A DNA stretch of 43,338 bases from Kiritimatiellia bacterium (lineage in GTDB: Bacteria; Verrucomicrobiota; Kiritimatiellia; RFP12; UBA1067), in the NCBI GenBank assembly GCA_017648225.1, contig JAGCJE010000006.1, positions 1 through 43,338 on the forward strand. Direction: 5' to 3'. The notes beneath the pieces were generated by a model. That model had not been told where the DNA came from. It worked only from the letters and a program-made list of their open reading frames with translations, and did no database searches. Shown here in pieces: positions 42,106-43,338 of this stretch. Made by a program: the position numbers and the translations under genes. Positions within the stretch are counted from its first letter, which is position 1. Each line of letters starts with the position of its first letter.

Positions 42106-43338
42106 CTATTCAAAACGGATGGTCGCGGCTCTGCCGTGGGCGTCAAGCCCCTCGACCGAGGCGAACGCCTCAATCGTCGACTTCGTTTCTTTCAGATCCT
42201 CCCTGGTGAACGCTACAAAACTGTGACGGCGTCTGAAATCGTCGGGCGTAAGACCGTTGAACATGTCGGCGGCGCCGCCCGTAGGAAGAACGTGGCTCGG
42301 GCCCGCGACGAAATCTCCGGCGGACTCGGGAGTCCAGGGGCCCGCGAACACCGCGCCTGCAGAACGGACGCCCTTCATGACCTTAAGAGCGTCCTTCGTC
42401 ATTATCTCGAAATGTTCGGGAGCGAAACGGTTGACGACTTCAAGACCCTCTTTAACGTTTTTCGCCACGACGATCAGAATTCCGTCGCGGTCGATAACGC
42501 GCTTTATCAGATCTTTACGCGAAAGCGTCTCGGTCTGGGCGAGGACCTGCGCTTTTATTTCGCGGGCGAATTTTTCGCTCGTACAGACGCAAAGCGACTT
42601 CTCCCAGCCGCTTCCGTGTTCGGCCTGACTCAAAAGATCCGCGGCGATCCACGCCGCGTTTACGGAGCCGTCTGTCAAAACGGCGATTTCACTCGGGCCC
42701 GCGACCTGATCGATGGCCACATAACCGTAAACCTGACGCTTGGCGGCGGTAACGTACGCGTTGCCGGGACCCGCGATCTTCTGGACCTTCTTGCAGGACT
42801 TCGTTCCGAACGCCATCATTCCGATCGCCTGAATGCCGCCGACGCGGTAAATCTCGGTCGCGCCCGCGAGCTTAAGAGCGTAAAGAAGAACGGGATTCAC
42901 CTCGCCCGTCTTGCCGGCGGGAGTGCACGCGACGATCTCCTTTACGCCGGCCGCCTTCGCGAGGGTTACGGTCATGATGGAAGTTGAGGCCAAAGGCGCC
43001 GTACCGCCGGGGACGTAGACGCCGACACGGTCCATGGGCGAGAAGAATTCGCCCGTCGTTCCGCCGCGCGGGGTTTTCATCGACCAGGGCTCCCGCAGCG
43101 ACGCCTTGGAAAATTTCATAACCCGTTTATGGGCATCCTTGACGGCTTTTACGATCGAAGGAGAGATGCTTTTCTCCAACGACTCGAGGTCGACGTCCAC
43201 TTTGAGATTCTTGCCCTTGTAACCCTCGAACTTCGCGACATACTTGAGAACGGCCTTCTCTCCGTTCTTGCGGATATCGGCAAGAACGGCGAAGGCTGCC
43301 GTTTCGGCCTCTTCGGGGAACGCAGGGCGTGCGTTGAA
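42106..43338 (-). CDS. hisD: histidinol dehydrogenase; N-terminus lies off-window
   Basis: The frame stays open to the window end; my translation of 43201-43338 is FNARPAFPEEAETAAFAVLADIRKNGEKAVLKYVAKFEGYKGKNLK. Motifs are VYVPGGTAPLASTSIM, LSQAEHG, AGDF and GPSHVLPTGG. Confidence 0.9.
   Translation of the reverse strand, partial: FNARPAFPEEAETAAFAVLADIRKNGEKAVLKYVAKFEGYKGKNLKVDVDLESLEKSISPSIVKAVKDAHKRVMKFSKASLREPWSMKTPRGGTTGEFFSPMDRVGVYVPGGTAPLASTSIMTVTLAKAAGVKEIVACTPAGKTGEVNPVLLYALKLAGATEIYRVGGIQAIGMMAFGTKSCKKVQKIAGPGNAYVTAAKRQVYGYVAIDQVAGPSEIAVLTDGSVNAAWIAADLLSQAEHGSGWEKSLCVCTSEKFAREIKAQVLAQTETLSRKDLIKRVIDRDGILIVVAKNVKEGLEVVNRFAPEHFEIMTKDALKVMKGVRSAGAVFAGPWTPESAGDFVAGPSHVLPTGGAADMFNGLTPDDFRRRHSFVAFTREDLKETKSTIEAFASVEGLDAHGRAATIRFE

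Overview
This is a 43.3-kb bacterial chromosomal segment. Every gene I can support (36 CDS, two cut by the window edges) lies on the minus strand. Most junctions are 0-20 nt gaps or ATGA/TGATG overlaps. The content is mainly housekeeping and envelope genes: rplM-rpsI, a DEAD-box helicase, tyrS, hisD (5' end off-window), lpxA, an LptF/G permease, an LpxL-like acyltransferase, tsaC, an RluB-like pseudouridine synthase and a Dus enzyme. There is also an RND adaptor+permease pair, several exported glycan-active proteins (beta-helix protein, GH109-like enzyme, mutarotase, GH42-like protein) and a lower-GC left end carrying a PhoA-type phosphatase and a YibE/F protein. The LPS genes imply a diderm. 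The mix of Tat-exported GH109-like, beta-helix and prenyltransferase-repeat proteins resembles PVC-group genomes, but that is inference only. I saw no rRNA, tRNA, CRISPR array, transposase or integrase. The most unusual items, in order: (1) A Hyf/Hyc-type (group-4 hydrogenase / formate-hydrogenlyase) membrane arm, HyfB-HyfC-HyfE-HyfF-like, has its ion-channel residues intact. The window contains no hydrogenase large, small or Fe-S subunit, and the arm is tightly coupled to a Tat-exported metallophosphoesterase and preceded by a GT2 gene. (2) Two tandem paralogous GYF_2-domain proteins carry Val/Glu/Lys repeats, one of them a near-perfect 60-bp x 6-7 tandem array. They sit inside an overlap-coupled RND efflux operon with an exported protein of unknown fold. 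(3) A single ORF fuses shikimate kinase, a compact EPSP synthase and shikimate dehydrogenase, which are three consecutive pathway steps. (4) TyrS has its HIGH signature replaced by QAGN. All functional calls come from motif recognition by eye. No database search was run.
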